From an uncultured bacterium (GTDB lineage: Bacteria; Krumholzibacteriota; Krumholzibacteriia; JACNKJ01), in the NCBI GenBank assembly GCA_963695095.1, contig CAVOFT010000001.1, positions 2,848,001-2,912,000 of the forward strand: DNA of 64,000 nucleotides, read 5' to 3'. Below the pieces are notes generated by a model that ran no database searches, was not told the origin of the DNA, and saw only the letters and a program-made list of their open reading frames with translations. This document shows positions 50,414-59,255 of the stretch, piece by piece (the stretch's first letter is position 1; the number at the start of each line of letters is the position of its first letter). The position numbers were made by a program, and so were the translations under genes.

Positions 50414-51277
50414 CTATTCTCTTCCTGGCCGCTCCGGTCGCTTGAGCTCCACGACTACCGTTTGCTGGACCCCGGGTTCGCTGCCTTTCCAGGGGATGCG
50501 GTCGATGAGAATCGTCTGATTGGTGATCCAGAGCGGATTCTGTTCGATCCACTCCTGCGTCTCCAAGAGCGGCCAAACACCTCCGGTTGCGGGCTCGGCG
50601 ATCCATAGATCCGCGGCCGTGGGATCTTCACCCATAGAGTCAAGGGCCATTGGCTTAGTGAAGGCGAGCCAGCGCCCATCTGGCGACCATGAATAATCGT
50701 AGTCTGCAACGACCTTGAGCGTGTCGAGAACGCTCACCTCGCCCGAAGGGACCCACACAACATAGAGCAATTGCAGGGGCTGTCCGTAGATCCCACCATT
50801 CACCGCGAGGGCTTCCCCATCCGGGGACCACTTCGACCAGCTTCCAGCTACGGGGAGAGGCGGGTCGATCACAATCTGCCGGGACGCAAGCTCGAGCACA
50901 ACAAGCTCGTGATACTCTGCAGCGGACTTCCACAAGACGCAGCTGATGTACTTGCCGTCCGGGGACCACTTGGGTAGGGAAGCATTGCCATCAATCAGCG
51001 GCACAGCTTCCCCCGTCCGCAGATCCTGAAGCTCGAGGTGGGGGCGGTGGTCTTCGATGCGGACGAGCGCCAGCAGGGAATCTGGGCCATGAGCGCTGTT
51101 CAAGTCCGGCGACGGAAAGAGATACCCTGAAGCATCCTCAAAGGATACCTCGCCTGGCTGGCGCTCCCGGACAGCACCCACGGTCCAGGGAGATTGTGCC
51201 GGGATGCAGCCAGCTTCACTTGCGGCCACTGCCAGGCTGCTGGCCAGGATCGCAGCGCGAGCGATCAAGAAGCGCAT
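50414..51277 (-). CDS. TolB/PD40-like beta-propeller protein, atypical codon usage
   Basis: Signal-like N-terminus; three WSPDG repeats; many A/T-ending codons. Confidence 0.75.
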   Translation of the reverse strand: MRFLIARAAILASSLAVAASEAGCIPAQSPWTVGAVRERQPGEVSFEDASGYLFPSPDLNSAHGPDSLLALVRIEDHRPHLELQDLRTGEAVPLIDGNASLPKWSPDGKYISCVLWKSAAEYHELVVLELASRQIVIDPPLPVAGSWSKWSPDGEALAVNGGIYGQPLQLLYVVWVPSGEVSVLDTLKVVADYDYSWSPDGRWLAFTKPMALDSMGEDPTAADLWIAEPATGGVWPLLETQEWIEQNPLWITNQTILIDRIPWKGSEPGVQQTVVVELKRPERPGRE

Positions 51278-51409
51278 GGAGAGCCCCCTTCCTAACTAAT
51301 GGGGACGGGAAGGACCAGCACTCGCGACCAAGATCACGATGCTTCTGATTCTCGGGCAGTGTCAAGGAAGAAGCGCGGAATTGGCCGTTGGCGCCCCGCT
51401 CACTCACTC

Positions 51410-51511
51410 TCAGCGCAGCATGAGCACCCTGGCTGCGGCCTGCTCGCCGCCACTAGCGACACGCAACAAATGGACGCCATGCCCCAAACGCCAGCCTGCT
51501 TCATCGCGGCC
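51410..51511 (-). pseudogene. Isolated 33-codon remnant of a CTD C-terminus
   Basis: GRDEAGWRLGHGVHLLRVASGGEQAAARVLMLR* aligns ungapped (13/33 identical) to the last 33 aa of the CTD ending at 59256. Confidence 0.55.
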
Positions 51512-51537
51512 GCCCCGACGCGCGAGCGCTGGCCCGC

Positions 51538-54489
51538 TCAGGCGCGCAGGACCACCCCCCGCCCGTGGCGGCCGTCGAGATAGACGGCCAGGGGCGCGGA
51601 CAAGCGCAGATGGCGCAGGAACTCCGTCTCGGCGGCGGCGGGCTGGGCGAGCAGCCAGTCCCAGTCCACCTTGACGCCGTCCCGGCCCTCGTGAGCGGTG
51701 AAGTAGCCCACCTCGAAGCTCGTCAGGTTGTGGAAGAAGTGGCTGCCCTGGCTGGGCTCCACGGCGATGTCGGCCATCGCGGTCTCCACGATCACGCGGG
51801 CGCCGTTGATGTCCGACCAGGCCACGGGAATGCCCAGCCAGCGGTCGCGGGAGCCCCAGCGCCCGGGGCCGATGAGCAGGTAGGGCCGCCCTTCTTCGCC
51901 GAGCCGTTCGTTCATGCCGCGCAACTCCAGCGCCACGTCGGCCGTGCGGCCGCGGTCGAAGCTGTCCGGCCGCACGTAGACCAGGTCGCAGAGGTTCTCG
52001 ATGGCGCCGTTGCCGAGCACGGAGCCCGAGCGGATGAGCACGCGGCTGGGATCGGTGACCCGCTGATCGAGATCGATCTCCTCGCGGCCCACGACGAGGG
52101 GCCGGATCTGCAGCACGGCGAACTCCCCGCTCTCGCCGGGACGCGCGCCGGGCTGGGCGGCGAACTCGATCTCCACGGGCGCGGCCATGCCGCGGCTGCC
52201 GAGGGCAAGCAGTTCCCGCAGCAGGGCCGGCAGCGGGAAGCGGTCGCCCTTGAGCACGCCGGCCATGGTGACCAGGCGCACGCCGGGCCGCGCGATGCCG
52301 TCGTAGACGGCGTCGTTGTCGGGCATGTAGGTGGAGGCCACCGCGGCGAGGGTGCCGTCGGCCTCGGCGCGCTCCAGGTCGCGGCGCACGAGCGAGGCAT
52401 TGCCGTCCGTGCTGGGGAAGAGCTCCGGGCGGCTCAGGTCCAGCGCCCAGAATTCGCGCTGGCTGGAGCGCAGCATGTCCTGCGTGCTGCCGAACTGGGG
52501 CAGCCGCTGCGGGTGCGCCGGCGAGAACCAGAGGCTGCGCTCGCCCTCCACCACGCTCTTGCCGAGCCCCAGCACCACCGAGGCCGAACCCTCCTCGGGT
52601 TTGGCCTCGAAGAGCGGGTAGAAGTTGTAGGACTGCGCCACCCCGGCGATGGCGGGATAGAGCAGGTCGCCGTGCAGACCGCCCACCATGCGCTGGACGA
52701 CGACGGCCATCTTCTCCTCCTCGATCCGGTTGGGCGTGCCGCGCAGGTAGGCCTTGGCCGTGGCGTAGTAGGTGGAGGCGAAGACCAGCTTGATCGCGTG
52801 GCAGAGCTGGTCCAGGCGCTGCTCGTCGTCCGGGTGATTGTTGGGCAGCATGTGGCTGGTGTAGACGCCCGCGAAGGGCTGGTGCTGGCTGTCCTCGAGC
52901 AGGCTGGAGGAGCGCACGGCCAGCGGATAGCGCACTTCGTCGAGAAAGGTCATCAGATCGTCGCGCACGGGCTCCGGCAGGCGCCCGGCGACGAAGGCGG
53001 CGGCCACCGCCGCATCGTCCCGGGCGGCGAGCGCCCGACCGAGCAGGTCGTTCTCCTCCATGAACTGGTCGAAGACGCCCGTGGCCAGCACGGCGCACTC
53101 GGGCACCGTGATGCGCACATCGGGGAAGCGCTCGCGGAAGTCGTAGCGGGAGAGCAGGGCGTCCACGAAGGCGAGGCCGCGGCCCTTGCCGCCGAGGGAC
53201 CCGCTGCCGATGCGCACGAAGCTGCTGCTGGCGTCGAAGTGCTGGCGGGAGAAGTCGGCCACGCGGCCGCGGCGGCTGAGCTTGCGATACTCCGCCAGCG
53301 TTTCGCGCAGGTAGCGGCGCAGCTCCTCGTTGTCCGCGAACTGGCTCACGCGCACCGGACGAATGCGCAGCGCCAGCTCGAACTCCGTGCGCGCCATGAA
53401 CCAGTTGCTGAAGTGGTTGCGGCGGGCATGATAGCGCAGCGACTCGCCCGGCACCTCCTTGAGCAGGCGGGCCATGGCCGTGAGGTCGCGGGCGCGGCCG
53501 ACGACGGTGCCGCTGGGCAGCATGAAGACGAAATCGCCGAAGCCGAGATTGGCCTTCATGAAACCGCTGAGATCGGCCAGCAGGGTGGGGGAGGCCTTGT
53601 TCAGGAAGCTCACGCCCAGCGCGTGCGCCTCCTGCGCCCGCTGCTCGTCCGAGGACTGCAGCAGGACGGGCAGCTCGGGATCCGCCCGCCGCACGCTGCG
53701 AATGAACTCCACGCCCGCGCGCGGATCGATGGCGCCGCCGCGCGCGAAGCTGGCGTCCGTGATCACGCAGAGCAGGTAGTCGGCGAAGTCCTCGTAGATC
53801 CGCTCGGCCTCCTCGAAGGTCTCCGCGAGCAGGATCTTCGGCCGCGCGCGCATGCGCAGCAGCTTGTCCATGATGTCGATGCCCTCGGCCATCAGCGCCT
53901 GGGTCTGCCGCATCAGCTCCGTGTAGAGCATGGGCAGGTAGGAGGAGTAGAAGCCGACCGAGTCCTCCACCAGCAGCATGCAGCGGACCTGGCCCTCGTA
54001 GGCGTCCGCCGCCACGTTCACCGAGTCCTCGATGCACTTGATGATGGCCAGCAGGATGCGGGCGTCCCCGCGCCAGGCGAAGACGCGGTCGATGTCCGGC
54101 TTCAGGTCCTGCTCGCTGAGCATGGCCAGCTCGCGCGTGTTGTAGACGAGCAGCACCACCGGCATGTCCGGCCGTAGGCGCTTGGCGCGGCGGCCGAAGT
54201 CGTGCACCTCCATGTCGCCGAGATGGGTCATCGTGATGATCAGATCGAAGCGCTGCTCCTGGAGGCGGGCCAGCGCCTGTTCGCCCGAGGAGACGCGCGT
54301 GACCATCGGCGCGTAGCTCAGATTGAGCTGGGCGTACTCGCCCAGCAGCAGCTCGGTGAGGCGGCCGTCCTGCTCGATCACGAAGGAATCGTAGAGGCTG
54401 GACACCAGCAGGATATCGCGGATGCGGAAAGGCATCAGCCGATCGAAGCCGGTGAAGCTGAAGGCGCTGGGCAGGGTTTCCTTGGACAT
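51538..54489 (-). CDS. Receiver-domain-modulated PEP/pyruvate-binding (PPDK_N, ATP-grasp) protein
   Basis: REC-like N-terminal half (LLVEDS, VITD, LNK); GSLGGKGRGLAF, PLAVRSSSLLEDS, MAVVVQ, EIEFA, LQIRP; C-terminal GPGRWGS and SQGSHFF. Confidence 0.85.
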   Translation of the reverse strand: MSKETLPSAFSFTGFDRLMPFRIRDILLVSSLYDSFVIEQDGRLTELLLGEYAQLNLSYAPMVTRVSSGEQALARLQEQRFDLIITMTHLGDMEVHDFGRRAKRLRPDMPVVLLVYNTRELAMLSEQDLKPDIDRVFAWRGDARILLAIIKCIEDSVNVAADAYEGQVRCMLLVEDSVGFYSSYLPMLYTELMRQTQALMAEGIDIMDKLLRMRARPKILLAETFEEAERIYEDFADYLLCVITDASFARGGAIDPRAGVEFIRSVRRADPELPVLLQSSDEQRAQEAHALGVSFLNKASPTLLADLSGFMKANLGFGDFVFMLPSGTVVGRARDLTAMARLLKEVPGESLRYHARRNHFSNWFMARTEFELALRIRPVRVSQFADNEELRRYLRETLAEYRKLSRRGRVADFSRQHFDASSSFVRIGSGSLGGKGRGLAFVDALLSRYDFRERFPDVRITVPECAVLATGVFDQFMEENDLLGRALAARDDAAVAAAFVAGRLPEPVRDDLMTFLDEVRYPLAVRSSSLLEDSQHQPFAGVYTSHMLPNNHPDDEQRLDQLCHAIKLVFASTYYATAKAYLRGTPNRIEEEKMAVVVQRMVGGLHGDLLYPAIAGVAQSYNFYPLFEAKPEEGSASVVLGLGKSVVEGERSLWFSPAHPQRLPQFGSTQDMLRSSQREFWALDLSRPELFPSTDGNASLVRRDLERAEADGTLAAVASTYMPDNDAVYDGIARPGVRLVTMAGVLKGDRFPLPALLRELLALGSRGMAAPVEIEFAAQPGARPGESGEFAVLQIRPLVVGREEIDLDQRVTDPSRVLIRSGSVLGNGAIENLCDLVYVRPDSFDRGRTADVALELRGMNERLGEEGRPYLLIGPGRWGSRDRWLGIPVAWSDINGARVIVETAMADIAVEPSQGSHFFHNLTSFEVGYFTAHEGRDGVKVDWDWLLAQPAAAETEFLRHLRLSAPLAVYLDGRHGRGVVLRA

Positions 54490-54661
54490 CGCATGCACCT
54501 CCGCGGCGGCCCCATCCTAGCGGCCGGGCCCGCGGGGGGGAAGGGCCAAAGCCCGCCCGCGCCTGAGGCCGGGCGAGACGCCATTTTCATTGCTCGCCGG
54601 CCGTCGCTCGCTACACTGGGGCGGTCCGCGGCCAGCCCGCCGCGGCGGGACGGGCCCGGGC

Positions 54662-55786
54662 GTGCGCGAGCGCATTCGCATTCTCCATGTCATCACGCAG
54701 CTCGACACGGGCGGCGCCGAGCGGCAGCTGCTTGCGCTGTGCCGCTCGCTGCCTGCGGACCGCTTCGCCCAGCAAGTGGTCAGCCTGAGGGCCGGCGGCG
54801 GCCTGGCCGCGGAGTTCGCCGCCTCCGGCTGCCCGGTGACCGAGCTGGATCGGGCCGCCCAGGGCGGGCCCCTCGGCCAGCTCATCGCCCTGGCGGCGCT
54901 CCTGAGGCGTGAGCGTCCGGACATCCTGCAGACCTGGCTGCTCAAGGCCAACCATGTCGGCCGCCTGGCCGCCCTGCTGGCCGGCCAGCACCCGGTGGTG
55001 GCCAGCTTCCGCGACATGGGCTTCCAGGCGGGGCCGGGCGACACCCTGCTCGATCGCCTGCTGGCTGGCGGAAGCAGCCTGATCCTCCACAACTCGGCCA
55101 GCGGCCGCGCCGCCTGCCTGGCCCGCACCGGCGAGGCGGGGGGAAGCCGCCACCTGCTCTTGCCCAACGGCGTGGACACGGAGCGCTTCCGGCCCGATGC
55201 CCAGGCCCGCCGGCGCCTCCGCGAGGAGTTGGGCCTGGGAGCCGCCGATTCCGTGGTCGTCATGGTGGCCAGACTCCACCCGGTGAAGGACCCCGGGCTC
55301 TTCCTCGCCGTGGGCAGGGCCGTGCGGCAGAGTCTGCCCAGTTGCCGCTTCTGGCTGGTCGGCGCGGGTCCGCTAGCGGCCTCCTTGCAGGCCGAGCTGG
55401 CCGCCCGGCCCGATCCTGGCCTCTGGCTGGCCGGGGAGCGCCAGGACATCCCCGCCCTCCTGGCCGCTGCAGACCTGGCCCTGCTCACCAGCCGCAGCGA
55501 GGGGCTCTCCAACACCGTCCTGGAGGCGATGGCCGCCGGCCTGCCCGTCCTGGCCCCGGATGTCGGCGGCAACCGGGAACTGATCCGCGATGGCGAAACC
55601 GGTTTCCTGCTGAAAACCCGGGATCCCGTGGAAATTGCGGCACTTGTGGTACAGGTCTTGCGGAATAAGCCACTTGCCAGCAATCTGGGGGGGCAGGGGC
55701 GGCGGCGGGCAGAGGCGGAATTCTCCCTGAACCGGCTGGTCACGCACAGCCTCGGATACTACGAGCGTCTGATCGAGGATGGATAA
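54662..55786 (+). CDS. Glycosyltransferase family 4
   Basis: LHVITQLDTGGAERQL, PNGVD, VARLHPVKD, SRSEGLSNTVLEAMAAGLPV. Confidence 0.9.
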   Translation: MRERIRILHVITQLDTGGAERQLLALCRSLPADRFAQQVVSLRAGGGLAAEFAASGCPVTELDRAAQGGPLGQLIALAALLRRERPDILQTWLLKANHVGRLAALLAGQHPVVASFRDMGFQAGPGDTLLDRLLAGGSSLILHNSASGRAACLARTGEAGGSRHLLLPNGVDTERFRPDAQARRRLREELGLGAADSVVVMVARLHPVKDPGLFLAVGRAVRQSLPSCRFWLVGAGPLAASLQAELAARPDPGLWLAGERQDIPALLAAADLALLTSRSEGLSNTVLEAMAAGLPVLAPDVGGNRELIRDGETGFLLKTRDPVEIAALVVQVLRNKPLASNLGGQGRRRAEAEFSLNRLVTHSLGYYERLIEDG

Positions 55787-56642
55787 GCGTATGCCGAACA
55801 CTCAGGGGCCAGCGAGTCCGGACCTCATCGTCGCCTTCTTCCGCAATGACGATGTCAACGAACTCACTCCCGAGCTCGTCGCCGTCAGCGAGCTGCTCTT
55901 CGCCGAGGGCATTCCGATCATCCACGCCGTCGAGCCGGGCAATGTCACGGACGCCTGCGTGGACTGGCTGCTCGAGAAGAAGGCCCAGCACGGCCGCCTG
56001 CTCGAGATCATGCAGCACGGCTACAACCACACGAAGCACTACGGCGGGGAGTTCGGCGGCAAGCGGGCCTACCAGGAGCAGCACGACGACCTCCGCCGCG
56101 GCCGCGAGATCATGGACCGCCGCTTCGGCGACCACTGGTTCCCGGCGGTGAACTTTCCCTACGGGCCCTACAACCAGGCGACGATCCGCGCCGTCGACGA
56201 CCTGGGCTACACCATCTTCAACGGCCACTACAACCCGCGCCTGTCGCGCCGGCTCTTCTACGTGATCGGGCGGCTGCTGGGCAAGGGGCAGATCCTCAAC
56301 CGCCACATCAGCCATCACCTGGAGATCTACCCGGGCACGCATGTCTTCACGATCGACATGGCCATCAGCTACATCGATCGCTATCATGGCAACTACGGCA
56401 GCAACCAGTGCGACTGGCACGGGCTCGCCGACTTGATGCAGCGCTTCGAGGCCGCCAAGCGGCACATCCACGCCATCGGTTGGCTGCTCCACCACCGCTA
56501 CCACTCGACGCCGGCCAGCCTCAAGCTGGTGCAGGACACCATCACCGCCATGCGCCAGGGTAACCCCGGCATCGAGTTCTGGAACTTCGAGGAGATCCAC
56601 GCCGCCTACGCGCCGCAGGCGGCCCAGCACAAGGTCGGCTGA
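55779..56642 (+). CDS. Polysaccharide deacetylase-like protein (DUF2334/CE4-like)
   Basis: FFRNDD, EIMQHGYNH, EF, FPYGPYN, LLHH; inside the GT cluster. Confidence 0.75.
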   Translation: MDKRMPNTQGPASPDLIVAFFRNDDVNELTPELVAVSELLFAEGIPIIHAVEPGNVTDACVDWLLEKKAQHGRLLEIMQHGYNHTKHYGGEFGGKRAYQEQHDDLRRGREIMDRRFGDHWFPAVNFPYGPYNQATIRAVDDLGYTIFNGHYNPRLSRRLFYVIGRLLGKGQILNRHISHHLEIYPGTHVFTIDMAISYIDRYHGNYGSNQCDWHGLADLMQRFEAAKRHIHAIGWLLHHRYHSTPASLKLVQDTITAMRQGNPGIEFWNFEEIHAAYAPQAAQHKVG

Positions 56643-56689
56643 AGCCCGCGCCGTCGCCAACGCGGACCGGAAGCCGCCGCGAGGCCGCC

Positions 56690-57907
56690 GTGCCCCCCAC
56701 CGCATCTAGCGCCCAGTTCGACATCCTCTGCTTCGGCGAGGACTGGTACAAGTCCAGCTATACCAGCACGCGGCAGATCGCCCTGCGCCTGGCCATCGGC
56801 CGCCGCCTGCTCTGGGTCAACCCGCTGCCCATGCGCGCGCCCTCCCTGGCCGGAGCCGACGAGCGCCGCGCCTTCCTGCGCAAGGTGGGCCACAAGCTGA
56901 AGACCCACCTGCGCCTCCTCTCCCGGCCGCAGCCGGGCGTCTGGGTGCTGAGTCCCCTCTACCTGCCGCTCTTCTTCAGCGCCCGCGGCGATCGCGCGAA
57001 CGCCGCCCTGCTCACCGCCCAGGTGTGGCTGGCCCTGCGCCTGCTCGGCCTCCGGCGGCCCCTGATCTGGTCCTCCTCGACCTATCACGCCCTCTTCGTG
57101 GCGCGGCGCCTGGCCCACCACCGCTTCTTCTATCGCTTCGCGGACAAGAACAGCGCCTTCACGGACCTGCCGCCCGAGCGGGCGGAGCGGGCGCGGGCCC
57201 TCTTCGAGAGCTACGACCTGGCCATCTGCGCCGAGGCCGACCGGGTCTACTGCGCCTCGCGGGCCGTCTACGAGGATCTGCGGGCGCGCAGCGGCGAGGC
57301 GGCCAAGCTCGTCTACCAGCCGCACGGGGTGGACTTCGCCCACTTCCACGCCGCCGCGGAGGGCAAGCTGCCGCTGCCCGCCGCGCTCGCGCGCCTGCCG
57401 CACCCCGTGGTCGGCTACTTCGGCAGCCTCACCAACCACAACAACAAGCGCATCCTGCGCCTCATCGCCGAGCGGCATCCGGACTGGAGCCTCGTGCTCA
57501 TCGGCCGGGTAGTGGGCGACTACGGCGAACTCGCCGGGCTCGCGAACGTCCACCTCACGGGCGCCGTGCCCTACGCCGAGCTGCCGGCCTGGGCGCAGGT
57601 CTTCGACATCGGCATCATGAACTGGAACGAGACCGAGTGGATCGCGAGCAGCTTTCCGGTCAAGGCCCTGGAGTACCTGGCCCTCGGCCTGCCGGTGGTT
57701 TCGGTGCGCATTCGCGAGCTGGCCGAGCAGTTCGGGGATCTCCTGCGCATCGCCGAGGGCGAGGAGGACTTCGTCCGTCTCGTCGAGGAGGAGCTGGCCG
57801 CGGACGCGCCCGCCAAGCGGGCGGCGCGCGTCGAGCGCGTGCGCGGTCGCGACTGGTCGCGGCTCGCGGCGGCCATTCTCGCCGACGCCGGCGCGGGGGC
57901 ACCGTGA
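56690..57907 (+). CDS. Glycosyltransferase (GT4-like)
   Basis: PHGVDFAHF, PVVGYFGSL, NVHLTG.VPY.ELP, FPVKALEYLALGLPVV. Confidence 0.88.
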   Translation: MPPTASSAQFDILCFGEDWYKSSYTSTRQIALRLAIGRRLLWVNPLPMRAPSLAGADERRAFLRKVGHKLKTHLRLLSRPQPGVWVLSPLYLPLFFSARGDRANAALLTAQVWLALRLLGLRRPLIWSSSTYHALFVARRLAHHRFFYRFADKNSAFTDLPPERAERARALFESYDLAICAEADRVYCASRAVYEDLRARSGEAAKLVYQPHGVDFAHFHAAAEGKLPLPAALARLPHPVVGYFGSLTNHNNKRILRLIAERHPDWSLVLIGRVVGDYGELAGLANVHLTGAVPYAELPAWAQVFDIGIMNWNETEWIASSFPVKALEYLALGLPVVSVRIRELAEQFGDLLRIAEGEEDFVRLVEEELAADAPAKRAARVERVRGRDWSRLAAAILADAGAGAP

Positions 57908-57909
57908 AC

Positions 57910-59136
57910 ATGAGCATTGGCCATTCGGCGGCGGGCGCGCCGCGCCTGCTCTACGTCCTCGACCGCTTCCCCACGGACACGGTCACCTTCATCACCAACG
58001 AGATGCGCGCCTTCGCCGCCGCGGGCATCGACTTCGAGATCGTCTCGCTGCTCGGGGCCGGCCCCTGCCCGGCCGCGGCGCGCGAGTTCCTGCCGCGCGT
58101 GCGCACGCTGCGCCCGATTCCGCCGGGGCTCGCCCTGCGCGCCTGGCTCCACTATGCCACCCGCCGGCCGCGCGCGCTGGCCGGTCTTCTCGGCACGGCC
58201 TTCGAGGACGCCGGCCCGGCCAAGGCCCTGCGCAACCTGGCCCAGCTCGCCGTGGGCGTCGTCTTCGCCTACACGGTGCGAGACAGGCCCGGCCACATCC
58301 ACGCCCACTTCGCCTTCAAGGCGGCGACGGCCGGCCTCTGCGCGAAGCGCCTGAACGGCAATGGCTTCAGCTTCACGGCCCACGGCAGCGCCACCGTGCA
58401 GCCGGCCCGGCGCCACAGCCTGCGCAGCAAGATTCGCGGCGCCGACTTCGTGGTGGCGGTTTCCGAGTACAACCGCGGCGTGCTGCGCGCCCTCTGCGCC
58501 GAGCTTCCCCCCGAGCACATCCTGCTCAGCCGCACCGGCATCCGCCTGGCCGACTTCCCCTACCAGCCGCGCCCGCCGCGCCGCGAGGGGCCCGCGCGGA
58601 TTCTCTGCGTGGCCTCGCTCTACGCGGTCAAGAACCACGAGGGCCTGCTGGCCGCCTGCGCGCTGCTCGCCGGGCGGGGCGTCGACTTCCGGCTCGAGCT
58701 CATCGGCAAGGACGAGGGGCGCGGCCGGGAGCTGGCCGCCCTCGCCGCGCGGCTCGGCATCGCCGAGGCGGTCGTCTGGCACGGCGGCGTCGATCACGGC
58801 GAGATCGCGCGCCACCTCGCCGCCGCGGACCTCTTCGTGCTCGCCAGCCACAGCGAGGGCGTGCCCGTGTCGATGATGGAGGCGATGGCGGCGGGAGTGC
58901 CCGTGGTCGGCCCGCGCGTGACGGGCCTGCCCGAGCTGGTGAGCGAGGGCGAGAGCGGCCTGCTCGCCGATCCCGCGCGGCCGGAGGAATTCGCGGCGGC
59001 GATGGCTCGCCTGCTCGGCGATCCCGCGGCGGCCGCGGCCATGGCGGCCCGGGCGCGCGCGCGCATCGAGGAGGCCTATGACATCGAGGCCAATGCCCGC
59101 GATCTTGCCCTCCACCTGCGCTCTCAGCTCGCCTGA
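57910..59136 (+). CDS. Glycosyltransferase family 4 (WcaL-like)
   Basis: TFITNE, HIHAHFA, FSFTAHG, VSEYN, SHSEGVPVSMMEAMA. Confidence 0.9.
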   Translation: MSIGHSAAGAPRLLYVLDRFPTDTVTFITNEMRAFAAAGIDFEIVSLLGAGPCPAAAREFLPRVRTLRPIPPGLALRAWLHYATRRPRALAGLLGTAFEDAGPAKALRNLAQLAVGVVFAYTVRDRPGHIHAHFAFKAATAGLCAKRLNGNGFSFTAHGSATVQPARRHSLRSKIRGADFVVAVSEYNRGVLRALCAELPPEHILLSRTGIRLADFPYQPRPPRREGPARILCVASLYAVKNHEGLLAACALLAGRGVDFRLELIGKDEGRGRELAALAARLGIAEAVVWHGGVDHGEIARHLAAADLFVLASHSEGVPVSMMEAMAAGVPVVGPRVTGLPELVSEGESGLLADPARPEEFAAAMARLLGDPAAAAAMAARARARIEEAYDIEANARDLALHLRSQLA

Positions 59137-59159
59137 GGCCGGAACTCCGCGTAACGCCA

Positions 59160-59183
59160 AGGGGGAGCCGCTCGGCTCCCCCT
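59160..59183. terminator. Hairpin between convergent genes
   Basis: AGGGGGAGCC-gctc-GGCTCCCCCT. Confidence 0.6.
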
Positions 59184-59208
59184 GTCTGTTAAGCTAGCGA
59201 GCCGGCTT

Positions 59209-59242
59209 CCGGGTCGCGCGCGCTGTTTCGCGAGCGAGAGGC
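59209..59242. repeat. 34-bp REP-like palindromic repeat, copy 2
   Basis: CCGGGTCGCGCGCGCTGTTTCGCGAGCGAGAGGC; 32/34 identical to 14737-14770. Confidence 0.7.
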
Positions 59243-59255
59243 AGCCGGCGAGCGT

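Noticed and set aside
50340..51400. Integron cassette (attC) interpretation of the TolB-like gene, from GTTAGG before its RBS and GCCAAC after nearby stops
   Set aside because: Core sites do not fit RYYYAAC/GTTRRRY, there is no attC-type palindrome between them, and no integrase is present. GCCAACGGC is common in this sequence.
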